Positions 1-12,936 of a stretch of 64,000 bases of DNA are shown piece after piece. Made by a program: the position numbers and the translations under genes. How positions within the stretch are numbered: the stretch's first letter is position 1; every line of letters begins with the position of its first letter. This DNA comes from Okamejei kenojei (lineage: Eukaryota), in assembly GCA_035221665.1 (NCBI GenBank), contig CM069131.1, positions 92,070,001 through 92,134,000 on the forward strand, given 5' to 3'. The notes under the pieces were generated by a model. The model made no database searches, had not been told where the DNA came from, and saw only the letters and a program-made list of their open reading frames with translations.

Positions 1-991
1 ATCAATGGTTGCCATTTAATACCCTTTGGACACTAGATGTTTGCACGTGGTAAAGTTCTCCATTTTGAAATGCCTATAACAAACAAATTTGTTCAAATTC
101 GATAAATCCAGAATAATTCTACATCCCCCAGTCTTTTTAGATCTGGGAAATATACTTGACAGAAATTGTTGACTTTGATAGACAGAAGGCTCAATTACCC
201 CTTCTTATGTAACGACTGCCTTCAATACACTAAGTATGAACAAATCTGATGTCAACTGCTGCCATTGTTTGAGAACAATTTTAACCTTCCCCAATTTGAA
301 CAGGAACATCAGTTAATTCATCGTCTGTCAAATGTTATATTCCTTACCAGCATCTTTCCTTGCGGCCTTGTTGTCCTCGACTTCTTGTAGAGAACATTTT
401 TTGCCTTGCTTCCAGCTGGCTTAATGAGGGCCATGGTTATAACAACCTCATAACAGTCTTTGACCCTTTTTGCAAGGTTACCACCAAACAACAGATTTCG
501 TGGTGGTACACTGGTCGGTTTGCACAACTCGCCAAATTCGGGTTAGCACTGGCCTAATAGCGGCCCTCCCGACATTATTAATTTCAAAATGCATTACAAA
601 GGAGTCGCAGTTCATCCTGGTGTGCTTCAACCATATCATTTGTATCAATAACTTTCACCACAGCTGTAATACCTGCTTACAACAGTTTAAGCACTTTTTT
701 AAAACTTCATCTCCTGGGCCCTAGCAGGCAAACCCATCTATGCAAATTTGGTGATTAACCACCGGTACCTTCAGGAGATCACAATTAACAGGAGCTTTAT
801 AGTTTTTTGCTACTTCATCCATAGCTAAATGGTGGGAGAGCATATACTGAATGGCTTCGGCCAATTCTACATCAATCGCCTTTCCTGCCTCTCTACACTC
901 AGCAGACTTCCCAGCAATGTTTGGAATTACCTCCAATCGAACACCTTGCTCTCCCCCAGCATAGATACAGTGTCAGCAAACTGCCCTGATA

Positions 992-1311
992 GAACATCCT
1001 CCTCACAGGCAGGATAGTTCTGCAGCCCTGAAACAGGTGCTGCTAGCACAAGCTCTCCATCAGCCTGGCTTGGGCATCACTCCTCCTCACGGAGCTGGAA
1101 CATCCTCCTCACAGGCAGGATAGTTCTGCAGCCCTGAAACAGGTGCTGCTAGCACAAGCTCTCCATCAGCCTGTCTTGGGCATCCACTCCTCCTCACGGA
1201 GCTGGAACCATCCTCCTCACAGGCAGGATAGTTCTGCAACCCTGAAACAGGTGCTGCTAGCACAAGCTCTCCATCAGCCTGGCTTGGGCACCACTCCTCC
1301 CCACAGAGCTG
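992..1311. repeat. Tandem triplication of a ~106-107 bp unit inside DIRS gag
   Basis: Unit GAACATCCTCCTCACAGGCAGG...GGAGCTG starts at 992, 1098 and 1205; single copy in the second DIRS. Confidence 0.9.
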
Positions 1312-1699
1312 GTCCCTGTCGAGCATTCTTTTGAAATAGAATCTCGACGTGGGAGAGCCGTGAGCAAACGGACTCTCCTATGGAGGGTACAACCTCCAGG
1401 CCCGACTCATTTACGGGCCACAGAGACTTGCCAGTGGCCTTCCACCCTACTGACAAGCCTCCACTGCCCCCCGGCAGTGGGTCCGCAACCACTGGCTGTG
1501 TAGCCAGCACCGGACCAGGTTACCAGACGGGCCTCCATCCTCAACACTCTCCTGCCACTTTACCTTTCTACCCCCGGAGCGCCTCGCCGACACCTTCTTC
1601 CCTTTCTGCAACATATCTACAAAAACTCCCAACCGTTGCAGAAAAAGACCTGTGGTAAAGTATTTCAACAAACCTTACCTCGTTTCAACTTGTTAACGA

Positions 1700-1812
1700 A
1701 AACTGCTGGAGAATGGAGGGTGAAGTCTGAAGAAGGGTCTCGACCCAAACGTCGCCCATCTCCTTCGCTCCTTAGATGCCGTTGCACCCGCTGAATTCTC
1801 CAGCTTTCCATG
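1700..1812 (+). mobile_element. Penelope-derived 3' repeat with hammerhead-like core, inserted in the DIRS leader
   Basis: CTGAAGAAGGGTCTCGACCC(-)AAACGTC from 1727; segment absent from the second DIRS copy. Confidence 0.7.
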
Positions 1813-2025
1813 TAACCCGCGGTTTTAAACTTACCGCTCGGAGGAGCGCTGCTGCTCCCCCCGCCCGACTGCACCAGCGTCTGACGTCATGACGCACCAA
1901 CGGCTGTACGGGCTTCTATTTCACGTAGTCACTCACGTGACTCCGAAGTAAAATCATGATTATCAGAAGGCATCATTCTTGATGTTTGTTCCTCAGGGCT
2001 CAGTCCAACTACCGTGGGTTACTGT

Positions 2026-2350
2026 GTAGGAAGGAACTGCAGATGCCGATTTATGCTGGAGATAGACACAGAGTAACTCAGCAGCTCAGGCAGCTTCGAT
2101 CGATGCTGCCTGATCCACTGAGTTACACCTGTATTTTGTCTCTACCCTAAGTTAATTGTAGACTCAAGGAACTGCAGATGCTGGTTTATCCAAAAAGATG
2201 TGAAGTACTGGAATAATTCAGTGGATCAGATGTGGATAGGCGATGTTTTGGCTTGGCACTGAAGAAGGGTCATGACTGAAACATCGCCTATCCATGTCCT
2301 CCAGAGATGCTGCCTGACCCACTGAATTACTCCAGCACTTTGTGTCTTTT
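2026..2350. mobile_element. Two adjacent palindromic Penelope-derived repeats
   Basis: Inverted arms GAGTAACTCAG..CAGGCAGC / GCTGCCTG..CTGAGTTAC; CTGAAGA...GAAAC core at 2259-2285. Confidence 0.7.
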
Positions 2351-3359
2351 GTTTTACCGCAACCTACTTTATACATCGGCAACAATACAGTATGTGAGCT
2401 GAGGATAAAAGATCAAAACCATGCATTTTGCCAGGCAATGACAAATGTAAATTAGAATGAGGTGGAAACTCATGTAATTTAGCCTTTTATATTTGGTCAG
2501 CTGCTCAATAAAAGCATGTTAGAGATAACGACTCCTACTTTGCACACTTTCCTTTTATCGCTTAGATTTATTTTGCATGCGAAACAAATATTGTTCTTTT
2601 GAAATTAATCTAAACAGCTGAGCACCCCCAGCCTCTGGATTAGAGAATTTGATAGATTCACATCTCTTTCTCCTCATGCAAGCTTTCAACAGTTGATCTC
2701 TTGCCCTGAGACACTTTTCTTCAATAAGATGAAAGCCTACTAACTTCTTATTTCTTTTAAGTTATGTTGCAATCATGAAGTTCCTTGCCGTAAAACTGAA
2801 AATGCAGTATTTGGAAGAGAGCAAATAAAAATGTAAAAATGTAGATAACTGCATTGGAGATCAAATATTGTAATTTTAAGAGAATGAAATCAAAAAGCAC
2901 GCGTGACCTGCCCAGATGGCAAAAATGAAAATTGCCACCTTAGATATTTTATTCCTGTATAGTAAATTAGAATAATTGTAATATATATTAAAGCTTTTGA
3001 ATAATCACTATACTGTTTTCATTTTGTGGTGGATAGTTTCAGGGTCAGCATGAAAGGAAATATTCTATATTTCTGTTTTTTTTTCATCTCTTAGGTAATG
3101 TTCATTTTGAGCAAAACCTGAAGTTTACAAATGAACACATTTTCAGTAATTAAGAAAGTAATTCAGTCTTGTTTGTATGTAATGACTGTCATTTGTCAGA
3201 TTTAAGTTGACCTGAAATATTGTGAAGTCGGATCATGCATTTCAGCAGGAAGGATATTTCAAGTTGCCTGAACTCCAAATATAATTTCAATAATTTCTTC
3301 TCAACCTCAGGACTATTGTATTATACCAGTTATTAGTATAGTGCAAATCATATACGATT

Positions 3360-4103
3360 CATGCAGAGAAGCTTCACCAGACTGATTCCTGGGATGTCAG
3401 GACTGTCTTATGAAGAAAGACTGGATAGACTCGGTTTATACTCTCTAGAATATAGGAGATTGGGAGGGGATCTTATAGAAACTTACAAAATTCTTAAGGG
3501 GTTGGACTAGATGGACTAGGGGGAACTTCTTTACTCAGAGGGTGGTGGCTGTGTGGAATCAGCTTCCAGCAGAAGTGGTGGAGGCAGGATCGATTTTAAC
3601 ATTTAAGAGTAAAGTGGATAGGTATATGGATGTGAAGGGAATAGAGGGGTATGGTCTGAGTGCAGGTAGATGGGACTAGGGGAAAACAAATGGTCGGCAC
3701 GGACTGGAAGGGCCGAGAGGGCCTGTTTCCGTGCTGTAATTGTTATATGGTTATATGGTTATAGATGCAGGAAGATTGTTCCCGATGTTGGGGAAGTCCA
3801 GGACAAGGGGTCACAGCTTAAGGATAAGGGGAAATCCTTTAAGACCGAGATGAGAAGATCTTTTTTCACACAGAGAGTGGTGAGTCTCTGGAATTCTCTG
3901 CCACAGAGGGTAATTGAGGCCAGTTCATTGGCTATATTTAAGAGGGAGTTAGATGTGGCCCTTGTGGCTAAGGGGATCAGGAGGTATGGAGAGAAGGCAG
4001 GTACGGGATACTGAGTTGGATGATCAGCCATGAGCATATTGAATGGCGGTGTAGGCTCCAAGGGACGAATGGCCTTCTCCTGCACCTAAATTTCTATGTT
4101 TCT
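3360..4103 (+). mobile_element. CR1 LINE 3' fragment ((TTTCTATG) tail) with a nested CR1/HER1 3' end at 3514-3761 ((TTATATGG) tail)
   Basis: CR1 ORF2 C-terminal peptide FFTQRVVSLWNSLP; nested insert flanked by TAGATG at 3508-3513 and 3762-3767. Confidence 0.85.
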
Positions 4104-4223
4104 AATAACCAAATTTGGATCAACATATCATGAGTTTCTCAAGCACAGCAACTTCTGGTTGAAAATCAAATTTTTAATTCCTTTGTTGAGACAGCAGATC
4201 TCAGCTTGGGATCTTAGCTTGAG

Positions 4224-4425
4224 GAAGATAGACACAAAAAGCTGGAGTAACTCAGCGGGACAGGCAGCATCTCTGGAGAGAAGAAATGGGTGACGTTTTG
4301 GGTCACTACTCCTTCTTCAGACACCCATTCCTTCTCTCCAGAGATGCTGCTTGTCCTGCTGAGTTACTCCAGCATTTTGTGTCTATCTTCGGTTTAAACC
4401 AGCATCTGCAGTTCCTTCTTATACA
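4224..4425. mobile_element. Palindromic Penelope-derived repeat
   Basis: ~65-bp inverted arms GAAGATAGACACAAAA..AATGGGTG / CACCCATT..TGTGTCTATCTTC around a degraded antisense hammerhead core. Confidence 0.75.
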
Positions 4426-5217
4426 TTTTGTTTTGGCTTGTGGGTACAGAATGATGTCAGTTGTGTAAGTATGGACTGCAGACACTGGTTTATCATTTTG
4501 ATGCAGGCCCTGCTTTGTTCTGGACCTTCCCATACCTCTAGTTTCCCCCTCCCTGACTCTCACCTGATAAGTACGTTTACTGGTTTAGTTTATCAGTCCT
4601 TGTCATTGTCAGGCCATTCACAGAAAAAACTGTCAATGGGTGAGGACCAGAATGGGTGTGAGTCTTATGCACCTTATAAGTCCATAACTCACCATTACTT
4701 ACTGTATAAGGATAAATTGGGTACTGCTATTGCAGCCCAAAACAGAAAATGTGACCATGATTCCAAGACTAATTCATGGGCTACAATTTATATGGAAACT
4801 GTATACCAAATCTGTTGTCCCCTTTCAGTTGGACAGAGAGGGAGAGAGAGAGATCCATGGATTTCAGACAATTTATTAGAGACAAGCTGAACAAAATCCA
4901 AAGTAAGAGAGAAATCTAATGTCCACAGGGGATCAGGAAGCCCCATTGCATTTATAGCTTTAAGGCAGGGGAGGAAATGGACAACACCAGAAATGATACT
5001 CTTTGCGATGGGGCAGGACTACAAAACTTCAATGACCTGACACAAGTGGTCAAGTTCAGTGAGCGCAATTTCAAATTCCATATCCCACCGTCTGCATCCA
5101 CCAGCCTTCAACATTTGTTCAATGCAACACAGCCTCATACCTCATTCATCATCCATCTCTACCAATCTGGTCTCATACCTAGCACACATATTCTCCACCA
5201 TACTCACACACACATTC

Positions 5218-5540
5218 ATGGGGGCAGCATGGTGGCGCAGTGCTAGAGTTGTAGCCTTACTGCGCCAGAGACTTGGGTTTGATCCTGACTTTGGGTGCGT
5301 TTTGTACGGAGTTTGTACTCCGTGACTGCATGGGTTTTTCCCGGGTGCTCCGGTTTCCTCCTACATTCCAAAGACAAATGTGCAGGTTTGTAGGTTAATT
5401 GGCTATGGTTTAAAACATTTGTAAATTGTCCCTAGTGTGGCGGATAGGGCTAGTGTACGGGGAACGCAGATCGGCACAGACTCGGTGAATCAAAGGGCCT
5501 GTTTTCGTGCTGTATCTCTAAACTAAACTAAACAAAGCTA
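5218..5540 (+). mobile_element. tRNA-derived V-SINE (HE1-like)
   Basis: A-box TGGCGCAGTG, B-box-like GGTTTGATCC, V-domain GGGTGCTCCGGTTTCCTCC, CR1-like tail AAGGGCCTGTTT.CGTGCTGTA, (CTAAA)n. Confidence 0.85.
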
Positions 5541-6799
5541 AACTTACAAATGATGCAGGTCTCACACTCATGCCACATAGCTGGCATTGACTGTCACCAA
5601 TACACCAGTGACAGCAGCCAAACAAAGTCAGGCGTGCAAGGTTACAGGGAGAAGGCAGGAGAATGGGGTTGAGGGTGCAAAATAGATCAGCCAAGATTGA
5701 ATGGTGGAGTGGACTTGATGGGACCAATGGCCTAATTCTACTCATATGTCTTCTGGTCTTATGGACAGCAGCGACCACTAACTGTCTTCTCTTGCAGAAG
5801 AAAATGGTATTTAATTAGAGTGAGCAGCAGTTTTCCATAGATAATGTGTAAGCTTGTATCAAAGTGAATACTTTAATGAGATAGTGCTTTCTCTGTTTGG
5901 AGTGATCACTGCTGGGATAATGGTGATAGTACATGGCAGATTTGATGTATACTGACATGCAAATAACCTGAAACCTGAGGGAAAGATGAGTTATTCCCGA
6001 AAATTATCACAATTTCAAGCACAATTTGCACTCAAAGCCTGAGCACCAGCGTCATTGTAGAATTAGTAAAAGAAAATTAACTTTTATGACCTTTCAATAT
6101 AGCAGTGATTTGAAATCTTATTTAAGTGACATGCAGAATTTAGAGATTTATCTTTCATTGGTTAGGTTTTCAAAGGAAATGCCAGTTACATTTCATTTTT
6201 TATATTAAGCAGATTTTGTGTCTCCTTTGGTAGCATGTTCATTCGGTTGTTAAAAAATCTCCCATTGAGAAATTAAATGTTTACAGAAGCAGTCAACATT
6301 TCATCAACTTTGTTCAACAGTGTTGGCAGAGACTTAGTGTTTCCACTTAAACACTAATTAGGTTTTGGATGTAGTGTCCATCCCTCCAGTCACGATTCAA
6401 AGTTTCTCAATGGAGTTGGTGGATTTCCCTCCAGTGATTGCCTCAGCGACACCATTATTATTGAATACCAGTAAGATATGGTCTAAAAATATTGCCAACT
6501 CATTTCCTATTTGTAAGACAATGTCCCAAAGGCTAAATTTATAGCATTCCTGTCAATGCAAAAGCATAACATCTGACAGCTCAGTTGCTCAAGGGAACTA
6601 CACTAGAGTGATACCCTGTTTTGCTGAAAGACTTTTTTGGCAAAGACACTTTTTCACTTCTCCTTCCTACTCAAAACCTCCTCCTGTTTCATGAATGAAG
6701 ACTTTACTTGTGTGCCCTGCCACAATTGTAATGGTCTAAATATCATAGCACTTTTTTAACAAGGAGAGTAACAAGCTTGATAGAAGATTATTTGAGCAA

Positions 6800-7800
6800 A
6801 AAACAAACTGCTGGGGGAACTCAACGAGTTAGATAGCATCTGTAACTGGAAATGGACAGATGATAAGTTCATAAGTTCATGGAGCAGAATTAGGAAAACG
6901 GCCCATTGAGTTTACACCGAACAAATCATGGGTTTCCCTCTCACCCCCATTCTCCTGCCTTCTCCCTGTAACATTTGACACCCTTACTAATCAAGAAAGT
7001 GACAATCTCTGCTTTAAAAATACCCAATGACTTGGGTTCCACAGCCATCTGTGGCAATTAATTCCACAGATTCACCACCTTCTGGCTAAAGACATTCCTC
7101 CTCATCTCCTTTCTGAAGGTACGTCCTTTTATTCTGAGGCCGTGCCCTATGGTCCTAGACTCTCCCACTAGTGGAAACATTCACTCTTTCTAGGCCTTTC
7201 ACTATTCGGTAAGTTTCAATGAGGACCCCCTTCATACTTCTAAACTCCAGCGAGTACAGGCCCAGAGTCTTCCAATGCTAGTAACCTCCTCTGGATCTTC
7301 TCCAACGCGGATGATGTTTCAGGTCACGGCCCTTCGTCAAGACCAGTGCAATGTTGGCTGAGCTGGCAGAAAGAAGGAAGAAGAAGGGATGGGGCAAGTG
7401 ATGACAAGTGTTAGGTGGATCCAGGTAAGGAGAGTGATTGGTATATGGGTCAAGTTGGGGAGAAAAGGGTACAGATAGTCCGAAAGGCTGGAGGTGAAAA
7501 GTAGTGAAACTAATGGGCTGCAGATGGTGGAAATTGATAGGAATGGAAGATGAAGTGTGAAATGAGGAAGCAGAGAGAGTGATAGTAAGCACGTGGGAAC
7601 AAAGGGGTGAAAGAAGGGGACCTGGAAGGATGGGGTGGGTGATGAGCAGAAGGGAGAGGTGGATGAGGAATGGCCGATAGAAGGCAGGAGGCTTAGAAAG
7701 AAAGGTATATGTGAGAGGACCTGGCTAGATCAAAAGACGAGATAAAGGGTGGGTGTACCTGAAATTGCAGAATTCAGTGTTCATGTTGTTGGGTTGTCAG
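6800..7800 (-). mobile_element. Penelope-like 3' fragment interrupted by a minus-strand CR1 (about 6866-7290)
   Basis: Penelope ORF C-terminus-like QPNNMNTEFCNF near 7760-7800, purine-rich tract, degraded antisense hammerhead 7311-7341; CR1 ORF2 tail in between. Confidence 0.65.
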
Positions 7801-8259
7801 CCAAGACTCTGCTTGCAGTAAAGATTGGTTTGAATGTTTCAGACCCTTCACACAGCTCCCCCTTTGGCCCATTCACATTTTGAACCTCACGGCCTGACTC
7901 AAAGCTGTAAAGCACAGGCCAGATCAGCTCTCCGTCAACTTAAGTAAGAGCAAATATACAGGCACAGCAGATGGCAATACAAGTAGCTGGCTCAAACTGG
8001 CCCAATTACCTTTGGCAGACTATCGGAGGCTCTGCATTTGTCATTGCTGCTCTGCAGCCAGTGATCTGCGCAACCAAACCCTTCACCTTCGGTTCGTTAA
8101 TCACATTGGGAAGCTTTATTTTCTCTCACTCTGGTTACTTCCCTTGATAAATCTTTATCTGTGCTCCCCAAACCCCTTTGAATAGGGTTGACATCTAACT
8201 TAGCCATTCACCTATTGATCCAACAAGATGCCAAAATGTGTCACAAAACTGACACTTTT

Positions 8260-8648
8260 AACCAGCCCTCTCCCTTCTTCCTCCATATCTCTTCCCTTCT
8301 TCTCCCTCCACTCTCCCCGTGTCCCGCCTGGACTTGCATCTATTTCCCCCATCCCCTCCACCTACATTTCTTCCTCTAGCTTCACATTAAGCTCTTCAAT
8401 CCTTTTGTTTCACACCTTCTGTCTTCTCATCTCTGGCCTTAGTCAACTATATGCCTATCAAAAAGCCTTCCTCACCCGTTTCAACCTATCACTTGCGAGG
8501 CTTTGTCCTGCCCCTCCTCTTCCAGCATTCTTTCCAACACCAGTCCGACAATCAGACTGAAGATGAATCCTAACCCGAAACGTCACCCATCCATGTTCAC
8601 CAGAGATGCTGCCTGACCCCCTGAGTTACTCTAGCACTTTGTGTCTTG
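8260..8648 (+). mobile_element. Penelope-like 3' end with hammerhead-like core
   Basis: Pyrimidine-rich 3' region, then CTGAAGA...CCCGAAACGTC at 8557-8584 and the shared GATGCTGCCTGACC..GAGTTACTC arm. Confidence 0.7.
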
Positions 8649-8814
8649 CCCTCCAAAATGTGTTGTTGTCCATCAAACCTGCTCACGATTGCGGTGTCAG
8701 TGTAAATATTATTGCCTACTCCTCTCCTCTATTGTGAACTGCATTTTATGAGTGGGTTCTTAATTTTAACTTGCACAGCCACAATGAATAATAAAGAAAC
8801 ATGGGCAACAGCAA

Positions 8815-9160
8815 GGGTGGCACAGCAGTGCAGCCAGTGGAGCTGTTGCCTCACAAGGATAGAGAACTGGGTTCAATCAGACCTCATATAGTGTTCGTGT
8901 GGATTTGCATGTTCTCCCTATGACTGCATGGATTTCCTCCAAGAGCTCTATTTTCATTCCACATCCCAAAGATGTGTAGGTTGGTAGATTAATTGGCTGC
9001 TCTAAACTACATCATGGATGTAGGTGAGTGGCAGAATATCGGGGTAGTTGATGAGTGGAGAATACAAATGGGATTAGTGTAGAGTTAGTATAAACAGGTG
9101 ACTTATGGTTGGAACAGATTATGTGGGTTAAAGGGCCTGTGCCTGTGCTGTATCTATGAC
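8815..9160 (+). mobile_element. Older V-SINE
   Basis: Diverged tRNA head, V-domain, AAGGGCCTGT tail. Confidence 0.7.
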
Positions 9161-9844
9161 TTTCCTTGTGTATATTATTTATGGAGGTTATATATATTTC
9201 TTATTTTTACCAAGGTATCTCTTCGTACTGTATACATCAACAATGGCTCTAGCATCCATTTCCAAAAGTCAAATTAGCCATGTCGGTGTTAAAAAACAAA
9301 TTCAAACATATTGGTTAAAGTGCTTCACTACGTGACTTTAATGATAGTTTTCTTGCTGTCTTTACTGATCTTCCACACTCCCCTCATGATCTAGCTGAAC
9401 AAAAATGTTATTGGATCGAAACTCTGCAGGGATATAACCTGAAGTAGAATGACGTGGGATTATTCCCCAGTTGAGCAAAATGCAACTAATCATTGTCCTG
9501 TTATTAAGTTTGAACACTGTTGAGAATTTGAGAATCACATCTTGGACAATCTTTATTGATCTCCACACCTTGCTATTTGACGTGGAATGATTTGGTGAAA
9601 TAAACAACGTGAATGCAGTCAGATAAAAGTAAGTGAAATCAAGTATCATAATCCAAAATCAGTTCAGTTGAGATATACATGTCAATTCTTTGGTGGTGTG
9701 CGGTCACAGTATTTAACATAATATGAATCAATTTTGAGTGGCTAATTGTGAATATTAAGAGGATGTCAAATCCTTTCTCACAATGAGCAACATGAACTTT
9801 TTGGAAATATCCCATTCGTCATTTCCAGTTTGTGAGAGTATCTT

Positions 9845-10138
9845 AGAATAAAGGGGAGGTCATATAAGACTGAGGTGAGAAAAAACGTTTTCACCCAGAG
9901 AGTTGTGAATTTATGGAGTTCCCTCAGAGGGCAGTGGATGCCAAGTCACTGGATGGATTTAAGAGAGAGTTAGATAGAGCTCTTGGGGCTAGTGGAGTCA
10001 AGGGATATGGGGAGAAGGCAGGCACGATAGGTTATTGATAGGGGACGATCAGCCATGATCACAATGAATTGTGGTGCTGGCTCGAAGGGCTGAATGGCCT
10101 CCTCCTGCACCTATTTTCTATGTTTCTATGGTTCTATA
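9845..10138 (+). mobile_element. CR1 LINE 3' end
   Basis: TTTTCACCCAGAGAGTTGTG, GATCAGCCATGATC, (TTTCTATG) tail. Confidence 0.85.
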
Positions 10139-10389
10139 TCTTTACTGGCTTGATTTTGCAATCTGGAGAGATCATGATCAATATCTTCATGTAAACCAGT
10201 TGTGAAATAAAATGAATCGCAAAAGAAAAATGTCTGCCAGTGCTGGAAATCTGAAAGAAAATGCTGAACTATCATATTGTTATTTCCTTCATGTTTGTAC
10301 CACCAACATGTTCAGCTTCAAGCTTTCAAAAAAGGTATAGTTTCAACACATTTAACACAACTCTGTTCCATCAACAACAGTAATAATGG

Positions 10390-10565
10390 TAGGCAGACAC
10401 AAAATGCTGGAGTAACTCAGCGGGACAGCTGAGTCTCTAAGAAGGGTCTCGACCCGAACCGTCTCGACTCAACCCTTCTCTCCAGAGATGCTGCCTGCCC
10501 TGCTGAGTTACTCTAGCATTTTGTGTCTACCTTCAATTTTAACCAAGATCTGCAGTTCGTTTTTA
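10390..10565. mobile_element. Palindromic Penelope-derived repeat
   Basis: AGACACAAAATGCTGGAGTAACTCAGC / GCTGAGTTACTCTAGCATTTTGTGTCT arms; degraded AAGAAGGGTCTCGACCCGAACCGTC core. Confidence 0.7.
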
Positions 10566-12936
10566 CAGAGTAATATTGGTAGGGTCTCTTATCCTTATTC
10601 CAATATTTATTTGATTCAAACCCTCCTTTTATATAAATATATAAGAGAATAATATGACAATCTGCATTACAAAATTAAAACTAAACATTGACTGTTTAAT
10701 CTGAAGATGATGCATTCATACTCATCCTACATACTCTCTCATGAAACCCTGATAATGCATCTGCAATTGCATTTTGTTTAAAACTTCCATACTCAATTGT
10801 GCAATCTTATTGAGAGAAGAATTATCTTCCTTTGGAATGTCAATGCAGCCAAAGTGGGTTTTGCAGACTTGAGACCAGGAATTGGCAGACTTGTGTTCCG
10901 TGACTAAGATAAAAGATAAATGATTGATGAGACTTTTTCTCCCAAAAGCAATTTCTAATGCTGCTTTCTTAATTTGATTCTAAATATGTTTGTTCTTCAT
11001 CAATGTGCATATTGTATACTCACACATTTTATTCTTGACTGGTACCCATTATATGACAATTAACAGGTCCAACTCCATAGCTCCAAGCATCTCATGCAAA
11101 TTTCAATGAACATATTTTAAGAAAGTTAAACTGTCAAAGATTCACTTCCAAATTCCTCAAATACCTTTTGGTATTCTTTGTTCCAATTCCATTTTGCGTC
11201 TTTCTGACAGGACTGACAAAAACTTGGCATGTTATTGTACCATGCCCAAGAATGATCGACATTCTGAAATCTTTTCAGGTCTTGTTGCCAGTACACTTTT
11301 GTTTATTTCCTGATTGATTGCAATCCTTTTGCATCTAATTTGGTCTTGATAAACTGCCAGTTTTTCTATAGATGCACATTTCGTTTGAATTCACGTACAA
11401 CATGATATTTGCTTGAATATTCAAGCCTTTTCTGCTTTAACACTGCTAGTGATTGATACATTATCATAGATTCACATGCAAATACAATGTACTATGTTTA
11501 CATATTCTGTTGTGCTGCTGCAAGTAAGAATAAAAATTGTTCTATCCAGGTCATATGACGATAAAACATTATTGACTCTTGACTCTTAATGGCTAGCTAG
11601 TGGTTCTTTGAGATTGCAAATTCAAGGCAGAAAATACACCTTCTGCAATGAGTGTTAGCATGAGATTTCAACCCCAATGCATTGTAGCATGGAAGTAAGC
11701 AAAGGGCAGGAGGTTAGGTGCAGATGGATCCATCCTCCTGTGCACACCCTGGATACTGAATTCAAAGGTAGTTTATAATGTGCTCTGGTGAGGACTGCAT
11801 TGCTTTGTTTGTATCTGGCCTCTTAGTTTTATCTTAATAGGGCATCATTCATTTGAATGGGGTTACTCACTGACATTCACCACAAAGGCAAGTGAAAGAG
11901 TGAAGATTTTTGATTCCACTCTCATATGATTAATCCCAATGTGAATAATTTGAATGAGGTTGTATATTTATATTAATATTATTAATTTGTTAATTGTTAT
12001 GAAGGTTATATTTTTGAATTATTTAAATATTACTCCACTGTTTCCTAATGTTTCTTTTCAACAGAAACATTAGAAAAGTGCTTCGCATGGCAGAGAAATT
12101 AAACAAGTACTTTGTGATTCCAAAAGCATCTTGGAAATCTTAGACAATTAAGGAGAGTGAAGGAGTGAAGATTTTATTTTCACTCTCATTTGATTAATCC
12201 CAATGTGTTTAATTTGAGTGTGGTTGTACATGACATTAATATTATTATAATATTAAAAGCTTCTTAAATGCCAATAGGGTACCACATTAGAGGCTTACCA
12301 GCAAAACGGTAGCACATTGTATAAAAGGGACATAGATAGTCTGGGTACAAAGTTGGTGAAGTAACAGATGGTCGTGGTGAATGATTGTTTCTCAGATTGG
12401 TGGAAAGTGAATAGTCATTAGGATTTCCCAAAGATAAACCAGCAATCTGATTTCTAAATTTGAGATTAAATTAAAACTCGACAGCAGTACTGTTACTGCA
12501 ACAAAAAAAGCAGCAGGATATTAAAAGGGTGCTGGAATAGGCAAACATGCACACAAGGTTTAGGACTGTAGAATTACTTTGATAGAGTGAACAAAGAAAG
12601 GCAATACAAAGTCAAAAAAGAATTGCAGGAGCAGAGGAATCAGTGGATGTGGGTCAGGCACGTGCTGTGAGTGATTACCACCCTGACGGCACATGCCGTG
12701 AACAATTACTCAAGGTAAGCAGTCAATCGGCTTTAAAAAAATCTTAAACCGCACATGCGCAGATTGTTCTCCTCTCCGTAAATATAAAAATAACAATTCA
12801 ATTTGCCCAAGGCTTCCAAATCTCCTTCATTCTGAATTACTGAATGGGTGGGGGGTGGAGGGCGAGGGCAGGTGGAGAGAAGATGGGAACAACGGGATCA
12901 CACCGGGACAAGTTGAATCAGTTGCGAATCAGTGCG

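Larger units (their letters stand above)
1..1954 (-). mobile_element. DIRS1-type retrotransposon, 5' part (left ITR, degraded gag, start of RT); continues beyond window start
   Basis: 1881-1954 matches the 5' terminus of the DIRS at 28968-29040. Gag fragments (MLQKGKKVSAR, LLFGGNLAKRVK) align with 27749-28858. 1-200 aligns with the RT N-terminus at about 27210-27400. Confidence 0.9.

Noticed and set aside
5218-5290. tRNA genes at SINE heads
   Set aside because: A and B boxes are followed by V-domain and LINE tail; these are SINEs.
9362-9649. 95-aa ORF or possible exon (AG at 9394, GTAAGT at about 9629)
   Set aside because: No recognisable homology; all plus-strand frames contain stops; splice signals alone are insufficient.
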